A DNA stretch of 64,000 nt from an uncultured Thermoplasmata archaeon (GTDB taxonomy: Archaea; Thermoplasmatota; Thermoplasmata; UBA10834). Every line of letters begins with the position of its first letter. The stretch's first letter is position 1. This document shows positions 11,914-22,420 of the stretch, piece after piece. The notes below the pieces were generated by a model that was not told where the DNA came from, did no database searches, and saw nothing but the letters and a program-made list of their open reading frames with translations. Both the position numbers and the translations under genes were made by a program. The DNA is taken from contig CAVRDX010000001.1 of the NCBI GenBank assembly GCA_963719945.1, positions 128,001-192,000 on the forward strand. Reading direction: 5' to 3'.

Positions 11914-12420
11914 ATGCGCCTGCGATGTCTGACTCGGAGGAGAATGCATGTGTCTTTCGCAGGAGGTGAGACTCTGAGTTTGCTCGCGGAGAGATTTGCT
12001 AGATGGGAAGAAAAGCAAAAGAAATCCAACAGACAGTTGAGATCTGTTCCAGGCCTTAGGAATATCTTCCTTTTCCTGTCATTTGGCTTGATTCCAGCAT
12101 TCTTGCTCTATGCGTGGTTCGATTCCAATGCAAACAATCTGCAATATACATGGTTGTCAGTTGCCGCATTCGTGTGTATGTATTCCTATGGGATGATAGC
12201 TATACTTGACCTTGGCTATCGACGCGACGCTGCTTATCTTGCGTCGGGTTTTCTCATTATTGCATTTGCCAATAAACTCATTGGAAATAATTTCGAGCAT
12301 AGCCTGATTATATGGGGGATGCTGATTGGTTGGTTTAGCGGCGTTGCTTCCATATCATGCATAATGTGGCTTAGGCTTCGAAAAGAATGGAACGAGAAGA
12401 ATCCTGAAAAGAGATGTTGA
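11914..12420 (+). CDS. Hypothetical 4-TM membrane protein (cassette 1)
   Basis: Four hydrophobic segments; true start probably downstream, after GGAGGTG at ~11962. Confidence 0.65.
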   Translation: MRLRCLTRRRMHVSFAGGETLSLLAERFARWEEKQKKSNRQLRSVPGLRNIFLFLSFGLIPAFLLYAWFDSNANNLQYTWLSVAAFVCMYSYGMIAILDLGYRRDAAYLASGFLIIAFANKLIGNNFEHSLIIWGMLIGWFSGVASISCIMWLRLRKEWNEKNPEKRC

Positions 12421-12445
12421 TTCAGCGCTCAGATTCTCTCGATTT

Positions 12446-12555
12446 TTTACCATCAAAGAATTCGGAGAATCAAGAATCGTGTTTGGCTTTTAGGATTATA
12501 GCTGGCAGTTTTAATTAGGGGTAAATTTGGGGTGATAATCCGGGCCCTCGCACAT
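12446..12555 (+). repeat. Cassette repeat R1 (arm plus tRNA 3'-end core)
   Basis: TTTACCATCAAAGAATTCGGAGAAT...GATTATAGCTGGCAGTTTTAATTAGGGGTAAATT...ATAATCCGGGCCCTCGCACAT. Confidence 0.95.
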
Positions 12556-12645
12556 ATTTATTATGTGCATATTATTCAAATATGCGGCCGGCTATTGATT
12601 CGTGATGGTCATTGAAATGCATCGTTGCTTCACAGGTACTCTATG

Positions 12646-14118
12646 TTATGAGTTCGCGGGGGTCATCAGAGGATAATCGTCCTGGACTCTCCATGCTATC
12701 AAATATGGGGTGTCGCCGATTCCGTCTTCATCTTCGTCTAAGCCCTCATAATCTGACCAGTAGTTGCCTCTGCCAATCGTCTCATTGCTGAATGATGAGG
12801 TATAGAGATATGCACTACAATCTGCAGAATCCGCGTTGTCAATGAAGTCATTGAGGAATACTTCTAGTCTGTCGGTAGCAGACCCCATGGACGCCATGAT
12901 TCCGTATCCATTACCTCGAAGAGTGTTTCCTGTGACCGTGATATTCCCCCCAAGTGCCATGATACCTGCTCCATTGTCCCGCAGAGTGTTCCCATTGATT
13001 ACGATACGCTCTCCGTCAGTCATAAGGCCAGAGGCGCAATCACAAATCGAATTCTCCATTATTGTCACGTTCGCAGAATCATCCACATTCACCCCATCGA
13101 TGCAGGATGTGATCTGGTTATGTTTGATGGCAACGTTCGTGCATCCGTGTATAAAAACGCGGGCGTTTTCTATCATGCTGGATTCAATCGTGACACGGGT
13201 CGACTCCCTAGCTATGATGCCACCGGTGAACACAGCATTGGAGAGGGCACATTCAACGATTTCACAGTCACGAACCTTCATCAAATAGATGCATGTTGAG
13301 ACACTAGATATCTCCAATCCTGATATGCTCGCATTATTGCAGTTGAGCAGAATCAATTGCCCCACTTGTTCGCTGTAGAGTCTGAATTGAGAATGATTCT
13401 CGAAGAAGTATAGGGGCCTTCCATTTACGGTATTGTCTAGGGGTATATTCAATCCAGAAGAATTAGGCCCTATAGGTATCTCATATTCGTCAAATTCGAG
13501 GCCGCTGCCTTCAAATCTATTCCCAGAAATCGTGACATTCGCAAAATCGGATCCAATGATTCTTATCCCGATCTTCATTGATATCGATGGCAAGTACTCT
13601 ACGCTCCCGTTATCGAAGCTGTTCTCCTCGATGAGTACCGAATCAATGTTGCTGATCGACATGCCCGTGAAGCATGATGTCACCCTGTTTCTTATGATGG
13701 AGCACCTGATGCTATCATGCACGCCAATCCCCTCATAATGACCGATTATCATCGAATTCTCTACCCTTCCATTAGATACATTCTTGAGCAGTATCCCCGC
13801 AATGTTGAGCCCCTCTAATGAAACGTTTCTCACAACGAAGTGCGCCAAAGTTTCCTTTATTAAAATACCTGCTGCTTCAAGGCCGTATTCAATTCCGGAG
13901 GAGTCGATTCTCCACCCTTCAATGATGTACGGGTCTTTCTCAGTTCCCGATCCAGTTGTTACTCCGTTCTCTTCTGTGAATTCTTCATCGCTCGTAATGA
14001 TGATTGGGTCATGCTTGCGCTCGGAGTCAAAATAGCCCGAATAGAGAAGGACCGAGAAAACTGAAACTGAGGAAACTGCGATGACTAGAATCAGGGCGAC
14101 AAGCTTCCTCCGCTCCAT
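12646..14118 (-). CDS. Right-handed beta-helix (NosD/CASH-type) surface protein (cassette 2)
   Basis: N-terminal TM; GSGTEKDPYIIEGW; repeated I..N...N..GI units; GNYWSDY...DGIGDTPY...DDYPL C-terminus. Confidence 0.88.
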   Translation of the reverse strand: MERRKLVALILVIAVSSVSVFSVLLYSGYFDSERKHDPIIITSDEEFTEENGVTTGSGTEKDPYIIEGWRIDSSGIEYGLEAAGILIKETLAHFVVRNVSLEGLNIAGILLKNVSNGRVENSMIIGHYEGIGVHDSIRCSIIRNRVTSCFTGMSISNIDSVLIEENSFDNGSVEYLPSISMKIGIRIIGSDFANVTISGNRFEGSGLEFDEYEIPIGPNSSGLNIPLDNTVNGRPLYFFENHSQFRLYSEQVGQLILLNCNNASISGLEISSVSTCIYLMKVRDCEIVECALSNAVFTGGIIARESTRVTIESSMIENARVFIHGCTNVAIKHNQITSCIDGVNVDDSANVTIMENSICDCASGLMTDGERIVINGNTLRDNGAGIMALGGNITVTGNTLRGNGYGIMASMGSATDRLEVFLNDFIDNADSADCSAYLYTSSFSNETIGRGNYWSDYEGLDEDEDGIGDTPYLIAWRVQDDYPLMTPANS

Positions 14119-14212
14119 CCTGGGTCCACCATGAGCCTTAAGACAGCACTGTGATATCAATATTATCTCTATCTCAGGGGAATCTTGTCAGCTAGTCACC
14201 CCCGTGTAATTC

Positions 14213-14324
14213 TTTACCATCAACGAATTCAGGAAACTCATGATTCGCGTTTAGCTTTGAAGTTTATAGCTGGCAGTATTAATTAGGGGTAAATTCCAGG
14301 CTGAAATCCGGGCCCTCGCACATT
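14213..14324 (+). repeat. Cassette repeat R2
   Basis: 112 bp; core AAATCCGGGCCCTCGCACATTATTATTC identical to the tRNA 3' end and its downstream bases. Confidence 0.95.
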
Positions 14325-14348
14325 ATTATTCATAATGATGGATGATTG

Positions 14349-15209
14349 TCAAGTTGTTCGATGGCTCGCTGCACCGTGTGCTCGCTTGGGTGATTTGATC
14401 CGATGGGGTCGCACCTTTCTGTCGACCACTATCTGATTGTTCTTTTCGAGATAGTCTAGGCACTCTCTGATAAATGCAGGGGTTTCCCTCAATTCGGTTG
14501 AGAGTCCATCGACCGAGTTCATCCCCTTGTCAATTAGTGTGAGCAACCGCTGGGCACCCATCTTCAATTCCGCTCTTGTCTTCAGTGCTCGTTTCCAGGG
14601 GACTTTCACACCGTATCTCCTTTCCATCTCATCGAGCTTCGTGAGAAGGAACGCCTCCCAGATGCTGCTCTTTCTCAGCCCTTCGGGATCAGTCTGATTA
14701 TCGCACTCCTCTAGGATGATATCGCGGCTCAATCCTTTTCTGAACAACGCGATCATGTCGTCAAGGTCTCTTGATCTCTCAGTTACGCTCTTGAGCAGGA
14801 ATATATCTTCTCGCGAACAAATATACAGAACAAGTTCTCCCCATTCGTCAACCCGCTCTGCTCTTCGAATCATCCCTTCGGAGAGCCTTAGTTTGTTACA
14901 GATCCTTTCGGCGAAGATGTCGGCTCGCACCCCTCCTGAAGCGGACAATATTGTCGCGTCTACAAGTGCGTGACATTCCTGTGGATGCCTGGTATTGACA
15001 TCGAATCCTAGCGATTCGAAAGCTCTCTTGAGTTCCTGCGCTTCAAGCGATGATCGCACTATCAGATCCAAGTCCTTGGTAGCATCCTTCTCGCCTCTGA
15101 GCGCCATTGCTCCACCTCCCACCAAGTAGACTTGGATTCTCATGCTGCAGATATTCCCGACCTTCTCCATTATTGAAAGGACCTCTGATTTGCTGATTTG
15201 GGCCGGCAT
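14349..15209 (-). CDS. Nucleotidyltransferase (DUF6036/AbiEii-like) with C-terminal wHTH (cassette 3)
   Basis: YLVGGGAM...TKDLDL Pol-beta NTase motif; LLKS...R.RDLDD. Confidence 0.8.
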   Translation of the reverse strand: MPAQISKSEVLSIMEKVGNICSMRIQVYLVGGGAMALRGEKDATKDLDLIVRSSLEAQELKRAFESLGFDVNTRHPQECHALVDATILSASGGVRADIFAERICNKLRLSEGMIRRAERVDEWGELVLYICSREDIFLLKSVTERSRDLDDMIALFRKGLSRDIILEECDNQTDPEGLRKSSIWEAFLLTKLDEMERRYGVKVPWKRALKTRAELKMGAQRLLTLIDKGMNSVDGLSTELRETPAFIRECLDYLEKNNQIVVDRKVRPHRIKSPKRAHGAASHRTT

Positions 15210-15212
15210 CGT

Positions 15213-16133
15213 TCACTTCACCCCATATTGTATTCGTAATTCCTGCATATCCGACCTGCTAGGGAATAGCAGGTTCTCGACGTCTTCACCATCGAGGTAT
15301 TTTATCATCAGTTCGGATAGTTCCCCCACCCCCATCGCATCTCCTTGTCTACGTAGGTATCCTGACCTGTAGCCACTCTTGAACAGGAAGAGCAAGCTGT
15401 ATGCGATGCCTCTTGAGCTGCTTGGATCTATCAGGATGTTGTGGAGGGCGATATCCTCTGGTTTCAGACTCGGTCGCCAGTATGCATAGTGGTAATACTT
15501 CGTATCCGAAATGAACTGAAGTCCGCGTTGCGACATTGCTGTTACCCCAGTGCTGCGAATTCCAGATGTGTCTTTCAACTCTCGGGACGCGAATATAAAC
15601 TGAAGCCCTTCGCACCAGAGTATCCTCCCTGCCGAGGTGATGTCATCGAGGACCGCGGCGCACGCTCCTCTGGAGAAGTCCTGTAGAAATCGTGTTAGTA
15701 TCTTGTCTGATTGAGGAATCGAAATCACATCGCCATCCTGGACAACTGCTGCAAATCCTTTCAATGCCCAGACGATTCTGCGAACAGATTCTGGAGCAAG
15801 TCGCGTTTCAGTTGCGATTCTTCCGAGCGTCTTTTGATTACTTGAGGCCGAGAGCATGACGAGGAGCCTGGAACCAATCAGTGGTTCGATTGCACGAGAA
15901 TTTCCTTCTAGATATGTTGCCAGTGCTTTTGAGTGACCATGCGAGCTTATGAAGATTATATTGATCTTCCCTTCTCTCCGACTTGTCACAAGCTTCTTTG
16001 ACGATAGAGACTGGATTATTCTGTAGATTGAGATATTCGATAGGCCCGTATCTTCTATTAATGCAGCTGCTGATACATGACCATCGCATACTGACTTGAA
16101 TACTCGGAGTTCATTCTTGTTTAGAATATACAT
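15213..16133 (-). CDS. Winged-HTH protein, putative antitoxin or regulator of the adjacent NTase (cassette 3)
   Basis: Two HTH-like segments (TGLSNISIYRIIQSL; IATETRLAPESVRR); 3-bp gap to the NTase gene. Confidence 0.7.
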   Translation of the reverse strand: MYILNKNELRVFKSVCDGHVSAAALIEDTGLSNISIYRIIQSLSSKKLVTSRREGKINIIFISSHGHSKALATYLEGNSRAIEPLIGSRLLVMLSASSNQKTLGRIATETRLAPESVRRIVWALKGFAAVVQDGDVISIPQSDKILTRFLQDFSRGACAAVLDDITSAGRILWCEGLQFIFASRELKDTSGIRSTGVTAMSQRGLQFISDTKYYHYAYWRPSLKPEDIALHNILIDPSSSRGIAYSLLFLFKSGYRSGYLRRQGDAMGVGELSELMIKYLDGEDVENLLFPSRSDMQELRIQYGVK

Positions 16134-16330
16134 TGTGTGCAATAATTGATTGTTCATATATATAGAATTTATCAATATTGACACAAATGTTGCGGTTCAA
16201 TGAATATCAAAGCGTCGTGATATCCCTTCATCTTCTGCCGCTAGAGTACCAGGGTAGCAATCATCAAGGTCCATTCCATTTTGAACTCAGCTTGACAATA
16301 TGACTCTGGAATAATCTGATATCCTATTTC

Positions 16331-16442
16331 TTTGCCATCAAAAAATTCGGAGAAATCAAGGATCGCATTTGGCTTCGAAGATTCTAGCTGGCAGTTTTAA
16401 TTAGGGGTAAATTCCGGGTCATAATCCGGGCCCTCGCACATT
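16331..16442 (+). repeat. Cassette repeat R3
   Basis: 112 bp; TTTGCCATCAAAAAATTCGGAG...ATAATCCGGGCCCTCGCACATT. Confidence 0.95.
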
Positions 16443-16697
16443 TTAATTTCAAAGATGGGATTTATGTGCAAATCAACACCCTGCACTTCGGTATTCTCAC
16501 AAGCCCATTGACATGCCACCTTGTTTGAAGGATGTTGACCATCTATCTCTCTGAGGTTGCGTACCTGATCAGAGGTATTGGACAGTGGAGCGAGCAATCT
16601 CGGGCGGTATAGTCCATATGATGTGCCTGCGGCGTTTGACATGTCGCGGAAAATCTTCTATAGCTGCAAGAGCCATTGGGTTGAGGGAGGTTCGTCT

Positions 16698-17333
16698 GTG
16701 AATGCTGAACGCGCTTCGCCAGTTGAGGGACCGGAACGCAATTGGTCGACTCGGAAGAAGATATATGTGATTGTGATTGTCACAGCAGTCATAGCGTCCT
16801 TCTCAATGTGGTCTTTCTACGAATTCTACCTGGAGGAGCAAAGAGTTGCAGGGTTCGACTCTTATGTGAAGATCAGCTACACCGTTTCTATCGCATGCAA
16901 TTCCTCCGATCAATACAGGGTTCTCTGCCCGTTGCCTGTCGATTCAGAGGGGTGTGTTTGGCCCCTAACTCAGGGATATCTATATGTCACTGGAAATTCG
17001 ACCACGAGTATTGCGATGACAGAGTATGGTGAAGCCCTTGAAATCACAGGCAGTGGCGTCACAATAATCACCATGAATATTCGCTCGACGCTCACTGATC
17101 CTTTTGAGAACCTGACTCGCTACTGGCACCTCAGCTTGATGGAATCCAACACGGAATTGGGGTTTCGTGCGAATCTGTATTCTGACCACGAAGATGTGTT
17201 GTTTGGGCTGGTGTTCGACTATGACTTTGTCTACGGCAACTGTGGAGCGAACTTCATCGGTGATGAGTGCATAGGCAGTCTGAACAATGGGTGGAACACA
17301 TTATCTGTTGATCATAGTGGGGGAGTCGCCTGA
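16698..17333 (+). CDS. Hypothetical membrane-anchored protein (cassette 4)
   Basis: GGAGGT SD with GTG start; one TM helix then a beta-rich domain. Confidence 0.7.
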   Translation: MNAERASPVEGPERNWSTRKKIYVIVIVTAVIASFSMWSFYEFYLEEQRVAGFDSYVKISYTVSIACNSSDQYRVLCPLPVDSEGCVWPLTQGYLYVTGNSTTSIAMTEYGEALEITGSGVTIITMNIRSTLTDPFENLTRYWHLSLMESNTELGFRANLYSDHEDVLFGLVFDYDFVYGNCGANFIGDECIGSLNNGWNTLSVDHSGGVA

Positions 17334-17420
17334 TCATTGAATTCTAGGTCTATGTCCATGAACTCCAAGGGAGTTCCGAAGAAGTAATATCTCTCCGCCT
17401 ATGTTCTCGCCTGTCGATTT

Positions 17421-17532
17421 TCTACCATCAAAGAATTCGGAGAATTCACGGATCGCATTCGGTTTTGAAGATTATAGCTGGCAGTTTTAATTAGGGGTAA
17501 ATTCTGGGCTATAATCCGGGCCCTCGCACATT
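17421..17532 (+). repeat. Cassette repeat R4
   Basis: 112 bp; nearly identical to R7. Confidence 0.95.
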
Positions 17533-17753
17533 ATTATTTATGAACCGGGATTCAAAGGTGGCCCAAAACTGCGTATTCGTTACGATTATTTCCAGGACCA
17601 GCTAATCTGGCGTGGTCGATTAGGTGACAATGGCATGATAAATATGCTTACAACAGTCTTCTGATGGTCTGAAATATTTATTTAGTATGATATGTTACGA
17701 TGCCTGCCCAGCAGTGATGGGGGGTTTTGCTTCACTGCTAAAGGAGAGATTCT

Positions 17754-18953
17754 ATGGAGCCTGGAAGTACAGGATTTATGCTTGTGGCAACGAGCCTTGT
17801 CATGCTGATGACGCCTGGCTTGGCTTTTTTCTATGGTGGACTTGTTGGACGAAAGAATGTGCTCACAATAATGATGCAGAGCTTTGTATCGATGGGGGTT
17901 ACGACAATCATCTGGGTCACAGTCGGATTCTCGCTGTGTTTCAGTGGTGATGTAGGCGGGATTATCGGGAATCTCGATAATGCGTTTCTAATGGGGCTTG
18001 ACTTGAACACTCCGTTCACTGCAGATATCCCGGTATTCGTCTTTATCGCATACCAAATGATGTTTGCTGTCATTACGCCTGCTCTGATCACTGGCGCGTT
18101 CGCTAACAGGGTCAAATTCCCAGCTTATCTCATATTCCTGGTGGCATGGTTGCTACTGGTCTACTTCCCAATGGCCCACATGATATGGGGCGGTGGTATC
18201 CTTGCTCAATGGGGCGTTCTCGATTTCGCAGGTGGTATCGCAGTCCACGCCATCGCGGGTATGGCCGCTCTCGCATCCGTTTTCTTTGTCGGCGCGAGAA
18301 AGGACAAGCCTTCTGGTCCTCATAGCATCCCATTGGTTGCGCTCGGCACGGGGCTTCTGTGGTTCGGCTGGTATGGATTCAATGCTGGTAGCGAGCTGAG
18401 AGTGGATGAGGTAACGGTCACTGCATTCCTGAACACCGATATCGCAGCGTCCTTCGCAGCGATATCATGGCTTATCTTGGCTTGGACTCTTGAGAAGAAG
18501 CCGAAATTCCTTGGGCTGCTCACGGGCGCGGTCGCAGGGCTGGCGACGATAACTCCTGCTGCGGGGTTCGTGACTCCGCAGGCTGCGATGGTCATCGGTC
18601 TTTTGGCGGGTGTGATATGCTACTTTGCTGTGGCGCTGAAGAACAAGAGGCATTGGGATGATGCTCTCGATGTATGGGGCGTTCACGGTGTCGGTGGCAT
18701 TGTCGGAGTGGTCTGTCTAGGATTATTCGCAACGCTGGAAGTCAACAGCGCGGGTGCGAACGGTCTGTTCTATGGCGACGCTCGCTTCTTCGCGGTCGAG
18801 ATAGTCGCGGTTGTCATCGCTTCCGTGTATGCCTTCGTATTCACATACATAATGCTGCACGTGATTAACAAGATCACGCCTGTCAGAGTGAGCGATGCGG
18901 ATGAACTGACTGGTCTGGACCAGACGGAGCACGGTGAGGAAGCGTACGTGTGA
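17754..18953 (+). CDS. amt: Ammonium transporter (cassette 5)
   Basis: LMTPGLAFFYGG, DFAGGIAVH, LWFGWYGFNAGS and DDALDVWGVHG motifs. Confidence 0.97.
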   Translation: MEPGSTGFMLVATSLVMLMTPGLAFFYGGLVGRKNVLTIMMQSFVSMGVTTIIWVTVGFSLCFSGDVGGIIGNLDNAFLMGLDLNTPFTADIPVFVFIAYQMMFAVITPALITGAFANRVKFPAYLIFLVAWLLLVYFPMAHMIWGGGILAQWGVLDFAGGIAVHAIAGMAALASVFFVGARKDKPSGPHSIPLVALGTGLLWFGWYGFNAGSELRVDEVTVTAFLNTDIAASFAAISWLILAWTLEKKPKFLGLLTGAVAGLATITPAAGFVTPQAAMVIGLLAGVICYFAVALKNKRHWDDALDVWGVHGVGGIVGVVCLGLFATLEVNSAGANGLFYGDARFFAVEIVAVVIASVYAFVFTYIMLHVINKITPVRVSDADELTGLDQTEHGEEAYV

Positions 18954-19105
18954 AACCGTGCGGAACCAGCGTAGTGGGCGAGGCCAAATCTGGTTCAACA
19001 AACCTTTTTCGCTGTTTCAATTGCTCCTCGAGTTTGAATGGGGATCACTAGTTCTATTTTTGATGGCGGTCCAGGAGAAAGCATGAGTTACTACATTGCA
19101 TCGTG

Positions 19106-19765
19106 TCACTTCTCTACCCTTTCTCCGGTCTTCATATAGACCGTCCGTTCAGCGATGTTACATGCATGATCAGCTATCCTCTCAAGATATCTCGCAACGA
19201 ACTGATAGTTCATCCCCATCGTGATGTTCGCAGAGTTCTCCATCATGTATATCAGAACTTCTCGGAATATCTCATCGTACAGAGAGTCGACCCTGTCTTC
19301 AAGGATGAAGACCTCTTCTGTCTTATCCAGGTCTCCCTCGAGGAATGATTCGACGGCTAGGTCGACCATGGATACGGCCATCTCTGATATCCTGGGTATG
19401 CTTACGAGCACTTTGAAATGGCGAAGGTTAGATGCCTTTGCTCTCTCCGTTATCTCTGCGATATCTTTCGCGTACCTCACGATCCTGTCGAAGTCGGTGG
19501 TGATCTTCAGGCTCGTGGTCACATATCTGAGATCACCGGCAACTGGTGCGTGCAAGGCGATTATCTTGACAATCTCCTTCTCAGTCTTGACGAGAATCTC
19601 ATACGCCTTTTCGTCCAACTCTCTGACCCTCTCAACGAGCGAGAGGTCCAGATCCTCAAAGGATTTAGCAGCCAGGGTTATGGCCTCTCGGGCCATGGAT
19701 CCCATCATGTTCATTCTCTCTCCGAGCTCATTCAGCTCATCTTGATATGCTTTCCTCGGCGACAT
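19106..19765 (-). CDS. phoU: Phosphate signalling protein PhoU
   Basis: APVAGDLR and YLERIADHACNIAE motifs; downstream of pstB. Confidence 0.95.
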   Translation of the reverse strand: MSPRKAYQDELNELGERMNMMGSMAREAITLAAKSFEDLDLSLVERVRELDEKAYEILVKTEKEIVKIIALHAPVAGDLRYVTTSLKITTDFDRIVRYAKDIAEITERAKASNLRHFKVLVSIPRISEMAVSMVDLAVESFLEGDLDKTEEVFILEDRVDSLYDEIFREVLIYMMENSANITMGMNYQFVARYLERIADHACNIAERTVYMKTGERVEK

Positions 19766-19769
19766 GTTA

Positions 19770-20537
19770 TCACCCGAACCTCCCTGTAATGTATCTCTCT
19801 GTCAACTCTTCTTCTGGATTCTCGAATAGTCTCTTTGTCTTGTTGAACTCTATCAGTTCTCCAAGATACATGAATGCCGTCCAATCGGCCACACGTGCTG
19901 CCTGTTGCATGTTGTGTGTGACTATGATGACCGTGTAATCATTCTTCAAGTCGAATATGAGATCCTCTATCTTGGAAGTGGCAATGGGATCCAACGCGGA
20001 GCACGGCTCGTCCATGAGAAGTACCTCTGGTTCTATTGCCATGGCGCGCGCAATGCACAATCTCTGCTGTTGTCCCCCCGATATGCTAACACCTGAAGCG
20101 TCCAAGTTATTCTTCACCTCGTCCCAAAGAGCCGCTTGCTTTAAACTTCTCTCGACCTGCTCCTCTATGAACGCCTTATCTCTGATGCCGTTCATTCTCA
20201 GTCCGTAGGCGACATTATCGAATATCGATGCGTTGGGGAACGGGTTCGGTTTCTGGAAAACCATTCCGACTCGTCTCCTGACATCGACTGGATTGGTCCC
20301 TCTCGAATAGATATCCTCTCCATCGAGCAACACCTCTCCGGTCACCCTCGCCCCTGGAACGATCTCATGCATCCTATTCAAGCATCTGATGAACGTCGAC
20401 TTGCCGCACCCCGACGGTCCTATGATTGCTGTTGCACGGTTTGCCTTGACCTTGATGTTGATTCCTTTGACTGCCTTGTTCGAGCCGAAGTATGCGTCGA
20501 GTTCTCTTGTCTCTATCTTCGCTGACGATTCTCCCAT
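19770..20537 (-). CDS. pstB: Phosphate ABC transporter ATP-binding protein
   Basis: [37 protein letters not shown] and YITGRFG motifs. Confidence 0.97.
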   Translation of the reverse strand: MGESSAKIETRELDAYFGSNKAVKGINIKVKANRATAIIGPSGCGKSTFIRCLNRMHEIVPGARVTGEVLLDGEDIYSRGTNPVDVRRRVGMVFQKPNPFPNASIFDNVAYGLRMNGIRDKAFIEEQVERSLKQAALWDEVKNNLDASGVSISGGQQQRLCIARAMAIEPEVLLMDEPCSALDPIATSKIEDLIFDLKNDYTVIIVTHNMQQAARVADWTAFMYLGELIEFNKTKRLFENPEEELTERYITGRFG

Positions 20538-20540
20538 GTG

Positions 20541-21404
20541 TCAATGCCTCCTCTTAAACAGATGTCTGCCTCCATGGGCAATTATCCTCACTGTGATGTT
20601 CAGACCAAGTACGAGCAATATCAGGAATGCGCTCGCTCCCCACGCTAGATCGTGCCAGTTATCGAAAGGAGATATTGCGAATTGGTAGATCAGCACGGGC
20701 ATCGATGCCATCGGCTGGGACAAGGTCGTTGGGTAGAACACGGTCCATCCGACAGTGAGCAGCAATGGTGCAGATTCTCCCGTTATCCGTGCAATGGACA
20801 GCATTATGCCAGTTATGATGCCTGGTTTGCCATTCGAAAGAACAACCTTCCTTATCGTTGCGGAACGGCTAACTCCCAGGGATAGCGATGCTTCCCTGAG
20901 CGATGTCGGCACAAGCTTGAGCGCCTCCTCGGTCGTCCTTGCGACGACTGGTATCATAATGATCGAGAGTGCCAATCCTCCTGCGAATGCATTCGGGCCT
21001 CCGAGGGAAACCACCAGGACGAGATAGGCGAATATACCGATGATTATGGATGGGAAACCAGCAAGCACATCCATGACGAAACGGACGATCCTTCCGAACA
21101 AGTTGTCTCCATATTCTGACACGAATATACCAGATACGATTCCGATTGGGATTCCAATCAACGAACCGATTCCAATGGCTGCCAAGGTGCCGACAATGGC
21201 CGGTCCTATCCCTCCGACCTCATCGCTCCCTGGTGGTGGTATGGTTCCTGTCAGAAACTCGAATGAGAACTGCGGCAACCCTTTGATCAGCACATCCACG
21301 AGTATGCTTACTAGCGGGACCAGAGCAGCGATGACGCACGCGACCGCTGCGAGCGTTGCCAGTCTGTCCTTTATCATCCTCTTTCGGAAGCCCTTGGAGT
21401 TCAT
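20541..21404 (-). CDS. pstA: Phosphate ABC transporter permease PstA
   Basis: GIGPAIVGT, PSIIIG, REASLSLG and ARITGESAP motifs; start overlaps the pstC stop. Confidence 0.95.
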   Translation of the reverse strand: MNSKGFRKRMIKDRLATLAAVACVIAALVPLVSILVDVLIKGLPQFSFEFLTGTIPPPGSDEVGGIGPAIVGTLAAIGIGSLIGIPIGIVSGIFVSEYGDNLFGRIVRFVMDVLAGFPSIIIGIFAYLVLVVSLGGPNAFAGGLALSIIMIPVVARTTEEALKLVPTSLREASLSLGVSRSATIRKVVLSNGKPGIITGIMLSIARITGESAPLLLTVGWTVFYPTTLSQPMASMPVLIYQFAISPFDNWHDLAWGASAFLILLVLGLNITVRIIAHGGRHLFKRRH

Positions 21405-22420
21405 TCGACTCTGACCCTCCCCACCTTCGTCACTCGACTGAGCAAGATTCGACCAGCCACATTTATCGCTAGCATGAGTACAAACAGTACAAGCCCTACT
21501 CCAATCAGTGCGGATTGTTGAACTGTTCCGGATGGTGCCTCCCACCAGTTGGTCGCGATGAGGCTGGATAGGGTCTGTCCTGGATCGAGAAGTGACCACG
21601 AGAATGAATTCACATTTCCTATGACCATGGTGACCGCCATGGTCTCTCCGACTGCTCTTCCAAGCCCCAGTACGGCAGCTCCGAATATTCCTGATCGTGC
21701 ATAGCTAATAGCGACTGTTCCGATCATCTCGTATCTTGTCGCTCCCAATGCCAATGCAGCTTCCTTCTGGGATGTTGGCACTGCCTTGAGTGCATCCCTT
21801 GAAATCGCTGAGATGGTAGGTATTATCATTATTGCCAGAATCACGGCTGCGCTCAGCTTGTCTATCCCGAAAGTCCTTCCTTCGAAGAACGGCAGGAAGC
21901 CCAAGCTTCCTTGGAGGAACGGTTCCACCTGACCCCTCATGAACCCTCTTAGCGTGAATATCCCCCAGATGCCGAAGACGACGCTGGGAACGGCTGCGAG
22001 CATCTCTACGAGGAATCCCAATGGCGTGCCGATCCATTTGGGTGCGATCTCGGAGATGAATATTGCAATCCCCACGCTGATGGGGACTGCTATCATCATC
22101 GCCACAGCGGATGTGTAGAGTGTCCCACCGATGAACGGAAGCGCTCCAAATACCCCTTGATTAAAACTCCATGTGCTCCCTGTGAAGAATTTGTACCCCA
22201 TCGAATCCAGCACCGGAAAGGCTCCCTCGATGAGGTAGCCTACGACCCAAGCGAATATCGCGACAGCTGAGAATGCGAGGATCCCACAGAATAGCTGGAA
22301 CCGGCCGTCCGAGGTCAGGATGAGCTGGTTCAATGTCTCCTTCAACCCATCCATTCTAGCAGACGGAGGATTCCGGCCATTATGGGCTGAATCATTGGGG
22401 CCGCCTTCTTCACTATTCAT
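21401..22420 (-). CDS. pstC: Phosphate ABC transporter permease PstC
   Basis: PSVVFGIWG, EAALALGAT and GRAVGETMAV motifs. Confidence 0.95.
   Translation of the reverse strand: MNSEEGGPNDSAHNGRNPPSARMDGLKETLNQLILTSDGRFQLFCGILAFSAVAIFAWVVGYLIEGAFPVLDSMGYKFFTGSTWSFNQGVFGALPFIGGTLYTSAVAMMIAVPISVGIAIFISEIAPKWIGTPLGFLVEMLAAVPSVVFGIWGIFTLRGFMRGQVEPFLQGSLGFLPFFEGRTFGIDKLSAAVILAIMIIPTISAISRDALKAVPTSQKEAALALGATRYEMIGTVAISYARSGIFGAAVLGLGRAVGETMAVTMVIGNVNSFSWSLLDPGQTLSSLIATNWWEAPSGTVQQSALIGVGLVLFVLMLAINVAGRILLSRVTKVGRVRVE

Noticed and set aside
17421-17532. Repeat as a remnant of an SSV-type split integrase or other coding sequence
   Set aside because: The antisense-tRNA frame (VRGPGL) stops at once, and the one open minus frame shows mostly non-synonymous differences between copies.
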